Source of the DNA: Rhodosorus marinus CCMP1338
Taxonomy: Eukaryota > Plantae > Rhodophyta
Reading direction: 5' to 3'
NCBI GenBank assembly: GCA_029953675.1
Contig: JAMWBK010000003.1
Coordinates: 620,001-684,000 of the forward strand
Length of the DNA stretch: 64,000 bases
Positions within the stretch are counted from its first letter, which is position 1; each line of letters opens with the position of its first letter. The position numbers and the translations under genes were made by a program. The notes under the pieces were generated by a model, which was not told where the DNA came from, did not search any database, and was given only the letters and a program-made list of their open reading frames with translations. Positions 37,338-51,235 of this stretch are shown piece by piece.

Positions 37338-38467
37338 ATGGGTGACAATACGCTTCGTTTGAGGGGGTACCTGAAGGGTCATGGGGACTGGGTGACTGCA
37401 GTTGCGACGACTTTGGACAATTCCAAGATCTTGTTGTCTGCGTCGAGGGACAAGACGATCATTGTATGGAATTTGGATCAGGACATGGAGGACGCCAACT
37501 TGTGCGGAACTCCCATGCGGGCTTTGAGGGGCCATTCTCATTTCGTATCGGACGTTGTTCTGTCGTCAGATGGACAGTTTGCTCTTTCTTCGTCCTGGGA
37601 TCACACTCTGCGCTTGTGGGAGTTGAGCACCGGCAAGACAACCCGCAGATTTGTTGGCCACACTGGCGATGTGCTGTCGGCGGCGTTCTCGGCGGATAAC
37701 CGACAGATTGTTTCTGGATCTCGCGACAAGACGATCAAATTGTGGAACACTCTTGGTGAATGCAAGTACACGTTCGCAGACAACGTCCATACGGATTGGG
37801 TTTCGTGCGTGAGATTCTCGCCATCTCCCAACTACCCCACCGTCGTTTCCTGCGGATGGGACAAGGTAAGAACAGAGCGGAGCTCACTGATAGTTGTCGG
37901 GTAGTGCTAGTGCTAGTGCCGTACTGGGAGTAGAGAGTTGCGTCCGATCATGCATTGTACTATCGACCTTTGGTTACGTTGACTGAACCCTTCGTGCGAC
38001 TGTTTCTTACTACCTTTGAACATTTGCAGAAAGTGGTTATGTGGTCGATGCAAAACTTCAAGCCCAAGACTACGCACGGTCTCCACAACGGAATCCTCAA
38101 CGCTGTTACTGTGTCTCCTGATGGTTCTCTCTGCGCATCCGGCGGCAAGGACGGAGTTGCCATGCTTTGGGCCCTTCAGGAGGGCACTCACTTGTATTCT
38201 CTGGAAGCCAACGATATTATCCACACCTTGTGCTTCTCTCCCAACCGATACTGGCTCTGCGCCGCAACGAACTCATGCATCAAGATCTGGGATTTGGAGA
38301 ACAAGTCGATCGTGGACGAGCTCAGAGACGATTACAGCATAAGCTACGGAAGCAAGAAACAGCAGCAAGCTTGTATCTCTTTGGCCTGGTCAGCGGATGG
38401 ATCAACCCTGTTCGCTGGATACACTGATAATGTTATTCGGGTCTGGAGCGTTGGAATGGCCAAGTAA
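37338..38467 (+). CDS. RACK1: Receptor for activated C kinase 1 (WD40), 2 exons (37338-37865, 38030-38467)
   Basis: [107 protein letters not shown]. Confidence 0.97.
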
Positions 38468-39575
38468 ACTGGATTCGAACACGATAACTCCTATTTTGTC
38501 TTCTTTTTTTTTACAGTATGTTCGAGTTTGCAAGTCTGCTTCTGAGAGTTGTGACTAGGTATAGGGGTCCGTCTTTCAACTCCATATTAAAACCAACAAA
38601 GTCCTACTTGTGAGCCGTGGCATCTGCTCCTCTCGATCGGATGCTCGTACCAAAATGCATCTCTATCATGATCGTCTAGCCGTTCATCATGCTCAGCGTG
38701 CGTTCAAGTAGATTTGGAGGCAGACGTCCATGGAATATGATCGGGTTGGTGGGTGAAGATCATAGTGAACAGATGAAAACGTGAAGATTTCTCATTTCTC
38801 CTTCCTCAATAAGGTGGATTCTCTTTGAACCCAAACTGTTCATCAGCTTAACGCAACACGAACATGATGCAGCTCTGAATTTATTGAAATTGTGCCTGCG
38901 ACTTGGTCGCCTGGGAGTTGATCATAACTCCGAGTTACGTCAACCTGACTTGGTCACGCAAAGGCTTGCCGACTGGGTGGTCTCCACACAAACGTGATGG
39001 ACTGCTCAGTTCCAATACTCCTGCTTGTCGTTGCATTGAAGACAACTTGGCCTGCAGCCTGCGCCTCGATTGTTTTCCAAAGCCGTGATGCGCGTCACAA
39101 ACGGACAAACATCTTCAGGCTCCATCGTCAAATGTCCACAGACGGGCAAACCATCCGCAAGGGCGATTTCTGGTCAGGTCGAAACGGCATTGACTCGAGA
39201 AACCGTCGAAAGGGCAGCGACTCGAAAAAACGAAATGCTCTGTTCACGTTCTGCGGTGAGCGAATCTTTCTTTCGGAGCGCTTCGGAGACCACCACAACC
39301 GTCCGATCCTATGCCAGCTTGCCACCTAAAGACCTAAACAGATATCTTTTTCACTCCATTCCAGACGAAAGAGAAAGGAAATGCTATGAGCACACGCGAA
39401 AAGATTCTGTCCCATTTCATTTCGGGACAATTCTCGTTGAGGCAAACTTGGGACAAAAGTAGGAGAATTCCGTTGAAGATGATGACAACCTATGCGAAGC
39501 GGTTAGAGTATCCTTCGATGAATGGAGAGACGAGCTGGTTCCTCTGAAGAAATACGTTTTTTTAAGCAGAACAAA

Positions 39576-40896
39576 ATGGTCGCTGTGATCTTTGATTTGG
39601 ATGGGACATTGTTGGTTTGTGATCGATTGAAACCGTTACTTCTGTGTTCCGATTGGAATCGATTGTTCTGGGGCACGGAAGGGAGACTTTCGCTGAAGTT
39701 TTGATTCTTGTTTTGTTCTGTTTGGATCCTTTATAGGACACAGAGACAATCTACTTGGAAGTAGAGAAGGAGATCGTATCGAATTTTGGCGGTGGTGATG
39801 TCACAGAAGTCACACATAAGTTGCTTGGGACGACGGAAACCAGGACTGCGGAGATTATTATCGGTGAGCTGACCTCTCCGGTCATTTTAGCGTTAGAGAG
39901 AGAAACTAACGAATGTATACCTCGTCTGAATATGCTTGCTTCGCTCAACAGATCATTTCAAGTTCGATCTGACAGTAGAACAGTACCTCAAGGCAAGGAA
40001 TTCGAAACTCCTTGAGATCGTTCATCGGGCTCAACTTCTGCCAGGTAAGGAGAAGCGCCTTTGGAACTGAGTCATAATCCTATCCTAGAAATCATGACTC
40101 AGCGAAAGGATGACACAAATATTCTTAATCGATAGCAATGAGCAGCAATTGATTTTCCAGTACTCAAGAATCCACGAAGGGAGCAAGCTGAGTCGCGTTT
40201 CAACGTTTCGCTTGATTTCGAGAGAGAACTGGAGGTAGATTTGGTTGACTGTCGATTGATCCTCGTCTAAACTCTTCTCTGGTTCGTCTTTGCTTTTCCT
40301 GTGTTTCGATTACCGATGAAGGAGCCGATGAACTAGTTTCTCATCTCGCTAACCGGGGAGTGAAGATTGCCATCGCAACATCCTCGCCCACCGCTTTGCT
40401 CGCTGCAAAGCGGGACGCTCATCCGGAATTTTTCTCAAAGTTTTTAGCGGTAAGAGACACCTCGGGCCAAATGAACTTCGGCTTTGACCACCTTAAAGTG
40501 CTTGCCTCTTCTCAAAAATAGCGGTCCTGGAAAAACCAAAACTCCTGTCAAACTTTCACAGGTAGTCTGCGCTGATGATGTAAAGAGAGGTAAACCTGAC
40601 CCTGAGATCTTCCTTAGAGCAGCAGAATTAATTAATGTCCATCCCAAAGACTGTCTAGTATTTGAAGATGCACCTGTACGTGTCGCTTCGCCTGTCCAAA
40701 TACCACTGCGAGTCCCTCTCTGACAATGTGTCGAAACCACTTCCAGGCTGGCGTACAATCATCACTTGGAGCAGGGATGAGATGTATAGGCTTGAAGAAC
40801 GAGCACACAGAGGCGTCCAAGTATGATGGCGTGGATGAGCTACTTGGGTCTATAACCGAGTTTGATCCAGTGAAGTACGGATTGCCGGCCTACTGA
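39576..40896 (+). CDS. HAD-superfamily hydrolase (HDHD1/pseudouridine-5'-phosphatase-like), multi-exon
   Basis: VIFDLDGTLL|DTE (motif I), KIAIATSS (motif II), DDVKRGKPDPEIF (III), CLVFEDAP (IV), C-terminal FDPVKYGLPAY*. Confidence 0.88.
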
Positions 40897-41072
40897 CGGA
40901 CGGAGAGAATGCGATTGTATCCTGTACTTTTCTGTTTTTGTGGTTAGGGAAGCCAATCTGTGTAATCTTTGGTCCATGATTTCTTGTTTGAATTTTTTCG
41001 ATGGCCTCTACTGCCGTTGGGAGGGGGTGGCGACGCTACCACACACAAAAAAGTTCTTGACAAGCTTTACTG

Positions 41073-41653
41073 CTACTTCTTCCGGAGCAGGAAGTAGGCA
41101 AGCAACATAACAATAGTCAATCCAAGGGCAAGATAGCACATTGAATTTACCTTCCCAGACTTTACCATCTCATCCAGCCTCTTCATGGTCTGCCCCAGCA
41201 CGTCGGTAGTGTCGTCAAACTGATTCCCCATCTTGTCCAGCATTTGGTTTTGGTAATCAACTTCATCCCCAATGGTAATGGCAACCTATGGAGCGGATTG
41301 CGAGAACCAAAAAGCACATCTTTGCCGTTAGATAGTTCGTGATTTTCTCTCGCCAGAACAAGAGGCCTACTAGTGGCTGGGTCCAGGAGGGTCTTAAGCC
41401 CCAAATGAGCTAACTTCAAGCTCAAGTACCCTCAAAAGGGAGCTTTCGCTTTGGGATAGAGGTAAAACGCACGTACCGACTTGAGAGTGCCAACTTTATT
41501 GCCGAGGTTGTCGACCCTCTGTTGGTTTTGAGCTTCAATATGCTCCTGCTCCTGCATAGCACCAGCGGACTTGGAACTCGGTCCACTCCCACTCGGTCCA
41601 TCTCTGCTTCCAAACAGAAGCCCTCGGTCCCTCCTATGCGAATCCGCTCCCAT
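41073..41653 (-). CDS. BET1: Bet1-like Qc-SNARE, 2 exons (41653-41477, 41285-41073)
   Basis: EAQNQQRVDNLGNKVGTLKS|VAITIGDEVDYQNQMLDKMGNQFDDTTDVLGQTMKRLDEM followed by a C-terminal TM segment (CYLALGLTIVMLLAYFLL)RKK*. Confidence 0.85.
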
Positions 41654-43039
41654 CCCAGCCCCGTTTGCCCTTTCGCATGAGCCACGCAAACACCGAAAAA
41701 GCCGTGAGCGTCAAAGGATACGGACCCCAATTTGTAAGGAAAGACGGAACAAAAAAAAAACAGCAACCGGCTCCTCTCAACTTACCTCATTCGAAAATCG
41801 CCAGACATCAACCTCAAGGAGTAGTCTACTGGGACGTCTCTCAAACCTTCATCGAAAGCCTTCCCCCTCCCTCCGGGAAACCCAAAATCCTAAACCACTC
41901 TCCTTATTACGCTCGAACGTTCCTTAACCTTCTAAAATATCTTCCACTACAACCATGTACGAAAGCACCAACAACAACTAACTGTAGAAGAACAACCTCA
42001 ATGTCTGTCGCGGGAATCCAACCAGCTCGCTCCCAGTCTGTAACTTCTCCAGCTGTCCGAACACAACTCCTTCAACAAGCCCCAAACAAGTAAATTCCCT
42101 TCCTATGTGTCACAACGTGGGATACGAAGTAACCGTCCAAAAATAATCTTTACATATCATAATACCCGTGTCATATCATAGGCTAAATTATTTCTTTTTT
42201 TATATTTCTAGAATAGCAGAATTTTTTGAGTATTTTTTTGTTTTAGAGAAAGAAATATTTGATTGAAGTAATTATATGCGATAGAATGCTATGTATGCGT
42301 GGCAAGGAAGTAGTAAATTGGGACGCGTCTTGAAAAGCGGTGGACGCCGCAGTTGGGAGTTGTTGGTGCTCTTCGGGGTCCTATTTGGAGATGATAAGGA
42401 TTCTTTCTTGCTTTTACTGAAGTTTACTTCGAGATTTACCCACCTAAGTTGATGGGATGTAGACAGATCCCGTTTCTGGACTTTGGATACCAACCCAGTG
42501 GCGGCCTAAGCCCTTCGAACAGAGAACGCGGGTCATTTCCAGGATGCTTTATTTTTTTTATACTAATAGGGCTGTCAACATCCCTTGAGTAACAGCTTCG
42601 GGTGGTGGTTCGACTGAACGATAGGACTAGCTCTTGTGACCACCGAACTGAACCCCTCCCGAGGGTTTTCGGCCAGGGCCTGCATGGCCTTGGGCCCAAG
42701 CCAGATCCGAAATGAAGCTTTCAATCACGATGAACATCAATGCACACTGCGACAACCATAGCGGAGAAGCAAGAGCTTGTTGTTTCAAAGTATCATTTCA
42801 AGGACAGGACAGTCTGTCAATTTCGACTTTTGCGTAAGGACAAGCTGCGCTGACACGTTCGTTAATTACGAACGTGGGAGAGAACACCAAATGTCTTCAC
42901 TAATAAAATTCCAGGCCCTGCAGCCGAAGGCCTATGATGGGAAACGAGATGCGCTGCTAATTAGTCCATTCCTGAACAGTCCCTGGACATATTACAAACT
43001 AGCACGACTCCCCGCTGACGATGACGAACATAAAATTAC

Positions 43040-43106
43040 ATGATGCGTCTCCTGTCAAATGCCGAAGGGTATTATGCCGAAGGGTATTTGACAGGAGACG
43101 CATCAT
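43040..43106. repeat. 24-bp inverted repeat with a 15-bp tandem duplication at the apex
   Basis: ATGATGCGTCTCCTGTCAAATGCC ... GGTATTTGACAGGAGACGCATCAT (one G-T mismatch). ATGCCGAAGGGTATT occurs twice (43059-43073, 43074-43088). Confidence 0.9.
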
Positions 43107-43851
43107 TTGGTGGTCGTTAATTCCCGAGGACAAACGACTGGAAACTTTCGACGATTTCGAGTCTACGGTGAAAGCGCAATTCTAACCGGCGGATGCCAAA
43201 ATCCGGGCCAAACAACAACTTGCAAGGGTGGAACAAAAGACGAAATGTGCAGCCTACTCAGCGTACTTTAACAGGTGCCCGATCCAAGTGGTCAAAATTT
43301 TCGGAATCCGAAATTGTTCCTTTCCGACGTTACATGTGCCTAGGGCAATCGGACAGCCTGTCGTGTCTGTTTTGTAGCTTGTTGGCAGCTTTCAGCACGT
43401 GTTTGCCCGACAAGCCATCCGAGACGAGGAGAAGAAGGCCTTATCATCATAATCCGTCTTCCTTTTTATTGAGGTTTTCTTTGGCTTTCCTGAAGTTTCC
43501 CCGACGTTCATCCTTTGAGCCGTCATTCCAAGCGTTTTGGCACGTCGCCGCCTAGGCTCCCCGAAAAAGACGAGAGCAAGGTCAGTATCTGTACTCAGAA
43601 GGCCGCTTGTGCGTGCTTTCTGTAAAGAGCCCCTTTGCAAGAGATACTTGTTCTGTTTTCAGACAAGCATAGAACTGGACTAATCTCTTGCTCGTTGCCC
43701 AGAAATCTCATCGCCGGTAGTCGAATGAGATATTCGTTTTGCCAGTCCGTTTCTGAAGGTGGTTGGGGAGGAAGAGGGCCGCAGGTGAACGGGTGTTTCC
43801 TAGCCTGGTAGGCGAGATAAGTAGGAACTGGAGTGATTTTAAGAGGGGAAA

Positions 43852-44346
43852 ATGGGGTTTGCGTTTGCACTCTGGGTCTCAAATCCGAGGCGCCACGATG
43901 GCGGTACGAAATTGGTGAGGAGGAAATCGGCGGGCTTACCCCGGCGAGCGCGAAGCTTGTACATGACGACGACGTCTACCACCACCACCACCGTGCACTT
44001 TGAGCCCTCTGGTTCTGATGTCACGGTGAGTCCCGGGGAAAGCCTTTTTGATGTCGCTGCGCGTTTAGGGGAACTCGCTGAAAAGCCCGAGGGCTATTGC
44101 AGAGATGGCGGGTGCTTTCGCTGCGAAATGGAAGTGAACGGAGATCTGCAGCGTATCTGCCAGTACAAGATACCGGAGACGAGTACTTATTTAGATGTCC
44201 TGCGGTGCGTAGCTTTCATTCCTCATCGCCGAGTACGGGGCGTATCAAACTCCGTTTTGCTTAACAAAAAAATCCGCGTAAATCCTTGTGCTGCTGGAAT
44301 CAACAGGATCGACACAGACGACGTTTGGGGCGAGAACGTGATCTAA
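43852..44346 (+). CDS. Probably plastid-targeted 2Fe-2S ferredoxin-like protein (intron 44205-44306)
   Basis: Arg/Ser/Thr-rich leader, then TVHFEPSGSDVTVSPGESLFDVAARLG and C-x4-C-x2-C-x11-C (YCRDGGCFRCEMEVNGDLQRIC). Confidence 0.82.
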   Translation: MGFAFALWVSNPRRHDGGTKLVRRKSAGLPRRARSLYMTTTSTTTTTVHFEPSGSDVTVSPGESLFDVAARLGELAEKPEGYCRDGGCFRCEMEVNGDLQRICQYKIPETSTYLDVLRCVAFIPHRRVRGVSNSVLLNKKIRVNPCAAGINRIDTDDVWGENVI

Positions 44347-47300
44347 CACCCAAAGAAAACACAGGGCCACGTGAACAAGCCGGCCTCTTCTCTCACCGGA
44401 CCTTGTCGGGAGTGGAGGGTGCTTTTCGTTGTTTTTTTTTTGCTGGGGTTGCAAGAAGATTGGGAGGCGAGGCCAGAGGACCGGAAGGATAAGTGTTAGG
44501 CTACTACCGAGAGTCCTAACAATAAGGGTGCACTCCTCTTTGAATTCCCAACCAGCGCTGGGTCCTGGTTTCCTCTTAAACGTCGGCTTCCTTGGGCCTG
44601 GTGGATGAGATTAGATTCACTCGAGCCCGTGGCGAGCCCCATCGAACGACTTGACACGAAACTCTAAGCGGCCAACTGGCTACTTTTGGGTGGGTGGCTT
44701 TTTTTGTTTTTAGTATTGTTGCTTTCAAGATAGCGTCGAAAGGCCTTGCTCTGACGAGGTACCTCCAAATCAACTCGAAAGTAGGTGTTGATTGGTGCAA
44801 ACGCGTGCCGGTTGACGTCTGAGTGGCCAAGATGACGGTATCTCGGTAGTTCAACAAGTGAACTGAGCTATGAGGATGCGCCATGAAAAGCTTCTAGGCG
44901 ATCGAGTTAGTGTTGTTGGTCATATGTGCAGGGATTGCGCGTTGAGGCGTCTCTGATAAATTCAGCTGCCACCGCAAGGAAACTGGGACGCCTGAACACA
45001 GCTCGCGGAGGCTCGGCCTTCTCCAAGCAACGCTCGATAGATCATCTGACGCTCAGCAAAGCAGCGTTGACCAAGACATATTGACGAAATAGTATATTGT
45101 CCCTCTTTCCCGGCCCCCAGAAGCTAAATTCGGTTCTCACTGAGCCGTTTTAAACGACTTTGGCCAAGGAAGCTCGATTCGAATGAGCCATATCTGAAAG
45201 TTGCGGTTTGTTTTGCCCCTTATTTGGGTGCGACTTGTTACTAGCTTCTAGTGCAGTTAGAAATTGCAGTGCGGAAAACTCGTTACGTGGAGGTCGCAGG
45301 ACCGTCCCACCATGGATTGACCAACGGCCGTCAAGAAAGTCGGGCGAGACTTTCTTGACGGCCGTCGCCCTGCTCTCGACACCGCCTCAAAGGTGGAGAT
45401 GGTTCGCGCAAGGACCAGGGCAGACATCCTCAACTGTATCGTGCAGCGTTGAATTAATACAGCTTGCACAGGAAGAAGCCTTAGCGCTGAAGATAGGCGT
45501 TGAGGGTTTCGTTCAAGGCAAAATGTGTGTAGGTATTTAAACGCAAGAAGTGACCAAAAACCGAGCAATGGGTGCCACGCAGCAGCTCAACTACCCAGAT
45601 CAAGAGAAGGCGGCAACACGCAGTGCACTATCGATACCCCACATGGAACAATAATCCATGCTAGCGCGTGCGCTCTCCGGAGCCCACCCGATTGGATCCC
45701 CCTCATTGGCCCATCGCTTGCAAGTCCAATCGGTTCCCGATGTTTTCAGACTTGCTCGGTGTAAACACCCGGCCAGAGAATACAAAGAGCGAGTTAAAAG
45801 GCATCTGAAAGTAAGTTGACGAGCCCCATCGAAGGACTGTCCAGGTGTTTTTCAGCACATCCGTATTCCCCCTCCCCGCAGTCCATACCCCCAAAAACAT
45901 GAAAAACAAACTAATAACAGACAAAGCAACGCAAACAACAGCAAGCCGCCTTCTCCGCCCTTTTCCCTAAAAATCCCTAATTCCAAATTTCACAGCTAGC
46001 CTTCTGAATCCGTTGAAGTATTTCAGCGATCCACTCACCAAGCCCAGTACATCCGACTTCGGGTAAAAAAGGAAGCGCAGCGTTTACTTCCAGCAAGCAG
46101 CTGCTTCTTCGACCCAGAGCCCCCAACAACCAAAAAGGAAAAAAGAGCAACCTGATTTACTAAAGAAAAATCACGTCACCCACCTCAACACAAATATCAT
46201 CATTAAAAATAAGACGATGTACAACCCAACCACCAGAGGGACAACCCAACATCTAATTGGCTCAACCATAAAAGCTTAACGAAATATATAACAAATAAAT
46301 ACAAATTCAATCCACCGCCATCAATATTAGATGCTGGTCAAGTCGAAATCCCCATATTTTCACTGCTCAATCCAATCCATTCCAAAATCTTCGTATCCAC
46401 CTCTCTAGCATAACAAAAAAGGGGGAAAAAGGTAGATTGAAAACTGGAAGGAATTAGATGGACTATGAATCGGCTCTGGAACGCTGAAAAACGGGGGAGG
46501 GGGAAAGCGGGGGGTTAGGGAGGGCCGTGGAGTAAGGTGACCAGTTATCCGGAAAAAAGTCATGGGTGCTGACGGCCATTTTCCAGGTCAGCTTTACTAA
46601 AGCTATCAGCCGAATCCCTACTATACCAGCTACCAGCGACTCCTAGCTACTAAATCCCACACCATCCGCAATGTATTTTTTCATTATCTGGAATGTTTCC
46701 TTTTTTTATTCCCATTTAAAAGGGGGTAGGTGAATGTGAAAAAGCATGCAACTGTTTGGCATGTTCGGTTGGCCCTTTTTTTAGCTCCTTGTTCGTGTGA
46801 AAGTGTGTAGGTGGAAGTTGCAATTTTGGTTTTTTTTTGGATATCGTCTTTTTGGCTTGAGAGAGCAGAGGGGGAGTTTTTGAAGGGGGTAATAGAACGG
46901 GGCGAGGATATGTGTCTGTCCGTTGGGTTGAGAAAGGGGCGGTGTGGAAGAAGATCGAAAGGGGGGTATTGGAAAAGGCAAGTCCACCAAAGTGTAGACG
47001 AATAATTCTCCTTTATTTAAAGCGTTTATTAAAAACAAGGAAAGAAGCGCAAGAATCCTGTAGGGTGATGGATTCCGACCAGGAACAAATAGGAGGGGGG
47101 CGGGCAATCAGTAGATCACCCCTCTTTCTCTCCACCCATATATATATATAGCCCGTTCACAAAAAAAAGCCGAACAATCAGGGCTATTTTTTCTCATATA
47201 AAACAAATTCTTACTGTGAAGCGCTCATCGGGATATGTCAAAATTTGAATCTATTTCCCCATATAATCGTGCAGCCCTGGAACGACAAAAAACCGATGAA

Positions 47301-47876
47301 TTTATAGGGTACGGTCACCCTACTCAATTTGGGGATTTGAAAAGATTACCAAAAAACAATTCTTCTGCCTTTTCTCAGTATTGAGCCCTCCGCAGGAGTT
47401 GTCTTTTCTTAATCATTCCTTGAAACTACTTAGTCTCGTCTGCGCTGAGACAGCAAATCGCCTGAGATATAATAGAAAATTAGTTTGAACCCAGAAAACG
47501 AGGAGAAATATAGTATTGCGGTAAAGAGCAAAATAAATTTTTAGAAAATAATTTTTTGGAGGGGGGAGTATCGCTTTTTTTCTCCCTAATTTTTTTGTTG
47601 GTGTGTGGGACAGTCTGTGTTCATAAATCTTAGTGGGAGATGGGTTGGTAGACCTATTTTTATATATGAAATGAAATGGCTTGAAATCCGGACCCAAAAG
47701 GGGAAAATCAGTTTTGTGCATAAACCGCTCCGATATATATATTAGCTGGGCAGTGTGGTGGGCAGAGAAAGGATAGATGGTTGGAGAACGAAGAGGGTCC
47801 AATACGTTGTTGGCGGTGTGAACGTGCTGCGTTTCTAGTTGACAAGTTGAAGAGTGTGGTTTTTATTCTGGATGAG

Positions 47877-48332
47877 ATGCAGATTCATGACCTTTGTGAT
47901 TCGGTAGAGTGTATTTCGGCTACTTCGTCTCTGTCGAGTGACACCGGGAAGCGGGACATTATGGGCGTTTCATTTCTTTGCGAGGAGGATAGTGCAAAGG
48001 AGGAAGAGCACTTCTGCAAGAGATGCCTGGTAGCGTTTCCTTCGAAGAAGCAGCTGCAGAGGCACACATTGAGTGTCCACAGGTCGTCTTCGGGGACTGA
48101 AGCTGTTTCTTCGAGAGGGTACATGTGTCCTATTTGCTCGAGGAGCTTCAGCCATCGACATAACATGAAGAGACATGTGGACATGGTGCACAGGAATAGG
48201 AGACCTCATTCGTGCGAGTTTTGCGATAAGATGTTCATGACGAACAGCTGCGTGAAGAGGCACATTTCGAGGAAGCATAGCGTGCTCGCCTCGAGCTCTC
48301 CAGTGCGAAGCAAGAGCCCTGTCTCCTCTTGA
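47877..48332 (+). CDS. C2H2 zinc-finger protein (three fingers)
   Basis: CKRC...HTLSVH, CPIC...HVDMVH, CEFC...HISRKH. Start uncertain: first in-frame ATG at 47877, alternative 47961. Confidence 0.88.
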   Translation: MQIHDLCDSVECISATSSLSSDTGKRDIMGVSFLCEEDSAKEEEHFCKRCLVAFPSKKQLQRHTLSVHRSSSGTEAVSSRGYMCPICSRSFSHRHNMKRHVDMVHRNRRPHSCEFCDKMFMTNSCVKRHISRKHSVLASSSPVRSKSPVSS

Positions 48333-51235
48333 AGAAGGGGAGCGCTACTGGTGGGAATGAGAAGTCGTTCCCTACCAAGCTGTGTTCAAATATGTGTAAA
48401 TAGACAGTGACGTTTGTATTTTCCGCCGTTTTGTCGATCCAACAAGGCTCAAGGTCGGCTGGCGTGTTACATAGAGTGTTGCCTTGTGAATTCTGGTTTT
48501 GTTAAAAGACATGTTCATCATCCTCAAGAAAGGTGTGACAAAGGGAATTCAGTTCATGAGCGCGGGCCTCAACAAGCCCGATTGAGTTGGGAGAACGCAT
48601 GGGGAAAACAAAAATGGCGCCCCTTGAAGGTCGAACCTCCAGATCTGGTAGTTCCCCCCAACCAACCCCCCCAAACAAGGCACAATTTCGATCCTCTCGA
48701 AATCCCGCTAGAACGCATGGCCATGGCATGGCAATGGCAACATAGACCTGCCCGCCCCATGAGCACAATGAAACTGGAACCCACCTTCGAACGATGAGAA
48801 GGGGACAGTAAGCATTTAAGTGCTAAAAAAAGGATTGCTTTTGCTATCCACCAATTCTTTTTCTTTAAAAGTTTCCCAACTTGGGAATCCGTAGGCAAAA
48901 AATATTTCTATTATTCTAATATTTGCTCACACGCCTATATCAGCATTCCCCCTCCTTCATTGGCCAATGCGGAGAACGCTTACAACAGAGAATGTAAGTT
49001 GTGCCGAGTAGCGATTTCGTAATGAGTAAGACCCCATTGGGGGATCCGATGTAAGTAACCTCCCATTGGATGTATATGTGTAATTCAGAAGAACTATTTG
49101 ACAAGAACATGTAAGCTTGTGTAAGACAGACCTTCCTCTGGGGTATATAATATTATAATATAGAAGAACTTTCCCGGCTCTAATCCGCCCACCCCATCCC
49201 CTCCCCCCCACCCACTTTTTGACCCTCCACAATCCCGATTTTTGGCCCCTGTCCGAACGAACCCTGCTCTGAGGTTGTTTTTTTTGACGTGAACGAGATC
49301 CGTTATTTAAAATTTAAAAAAAACGCAACCGAAAACGAACGGGGAATGTTATGAATTAGTTCGTTCTTTTATCCACCATATCAATCAACCGAGGTGGAGG
49401 TGCCAACAAACGCCCAGTGCCAGCTGGGACCCCCCCTCCTGTCGTACAACGATGTTTGAGCGATGCACAAAAACCAACAGCGAGCCCCAAACCATCAAAG
49501 ACGTACTAGTCACGATTGCTTTCAATTATCTTTTTTAGAAAATAATTAAGAGTTGTCGATGATTCATTATGTTGACTAATCCCCCCCTAGGAAGACTTTC
49601 CTGAAACCACATACGTTTTGGAAAAGGTGATCAAGGCCCCCGGGGGAAGCAGGATCCCGCGTTGGGTATTAGAAAAATAGATATTTTAAATACCAGTCAA
49701 AGCCAGCTTTGTGGATAGAGCTTAACGGGACGCAATAGCACCCCCTGGCATTTTTTTTAAGACGAAAGTTAGTCAATATTATCTCCGAGTTTGTTAAGAA
49801 ATATTGGTTCATGGCCAATATTCACTGACTTCATGTTGAAAGGGCGTTGTCCACTGCAAAAGTTTTATCACGAAGTGTTGAAATTGGGGGTTGCAATGGC
49901 ATGAATTCGGATTCCTCAGGAAACCCGGGCACTCTACGTGGAAAGGTGGATGCCGAACTGAGTTTTTTTTAACTCTCATCGTTGATGGGCGTACTCCAGC
50001 CCAGATAGCGTCCTCCAGCAGGGATTGGGGGCTAAGCAGAGGGGAAACCTCGTACACGTGAGCATGGTCGCATCCAGTGTTCTGTTGAAGAGACTCCGGC
50101 AGAGCCTTTCCGTCTGGATTCCTTCCTTTATTAGCCGGCTGGATTTGCCCCGCTCCAAATGAATGGGGAACGATCTATGTATGTGGCTAATGCTGGTTTG
50201 AGCTGAAGTGCTCTTTTCAGGTAGAAGAGGTTGGACCCGTGAGTCTGGGAGTGCTGAGATTTTGAGACATACTCATGATCCGTGCTGTTGAGTGAAGCTT
50301 GGAGCTGTTAGTGTTGGAGAGTCTATGCTCAAGCTCGAACTGACGCTGGGTTACTTCAGTCGGCTCGCACGCATCTTTTTGTCCTGCTTTTCGTTAAAGT
50401 ATTTGTGTTCGTACATTGCTGGCGTCCTCTGGTCGCGTCACTTATTTGGGAATCAGTGGATCGTTTGTCAAGCTCCCAATCTCTTCTTGTTTAGCCCCTT
50501 GGCGGAGTTCAGCCATCCTTGTTCTTGAGGCTCGTCCCTTGCGTCGTGTGTAGTTCTCCCTTCTCGGAGTTGCTAGCCCTCGCATGCGGTTCTCCGAGTC
50601 CACGTGCTCCTCGGAGTTACACCAAAGGCATGTCCACACGTAAAAGGGCGGGTCATGAAATTTTAGTTTCCGAAGATGGCGGGGAAGGCAAAGGACAGTC
50701 ATGTGGGTTGCAGGAGTGAAAGCATTATAGAATGTTGCGGGGCCGGTGAGTGCAAGCCGATCAGTCAGCGATTTTCATATTTTTTTTGGGGGGGGGGACG
50801 CGACGTTTAGAAGCGGCCAGTTTGGCAACACATGCAAAAACGTTCGTACGATCAGGAGCCTGCTGGATGGCAGGGAAGTGCACTCAGATTTTCTCACGGA
50901 GAGAGTAGTCCACATTGCCCGCCAGGACCTGCAAAGTGTGGACGTTGAAGCAAGGAATGTCCGTCCGACTCTTAGAGCTTTAGAGCTTAGTTCCTGTGGC
51001 AGTAGGGTAGAAGAGATGGTTCCAGCAACAGCACACGCGCCCTGAGACAAACAAGCGTGTTTCTTCCAATGCTCTCGCACAGTATCTCGACAATGGCCCG
51101 CCTCCTAGCTTCAACTCGGACACTCGCAGAGCTCGATGAACTTACTGGGCATGACACATTCTGTCCAGCGAGTGGGGACGGGACATTCACGTCAGCGACA
51201 TATTGCTTGCCGGTGCGGTGATATCGGACCATAAC

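Noticed and set aside
50820-51000. IPCFNVHTLQVLAG (minus strand) resembling the hAT transposase CxxH motif
   Set aside because: Motif spacing is wrong, there is an in-frame stop nearby, and no ordered DDE or dimerisation motifs or TIRs were found. Too weak without an HMM search.
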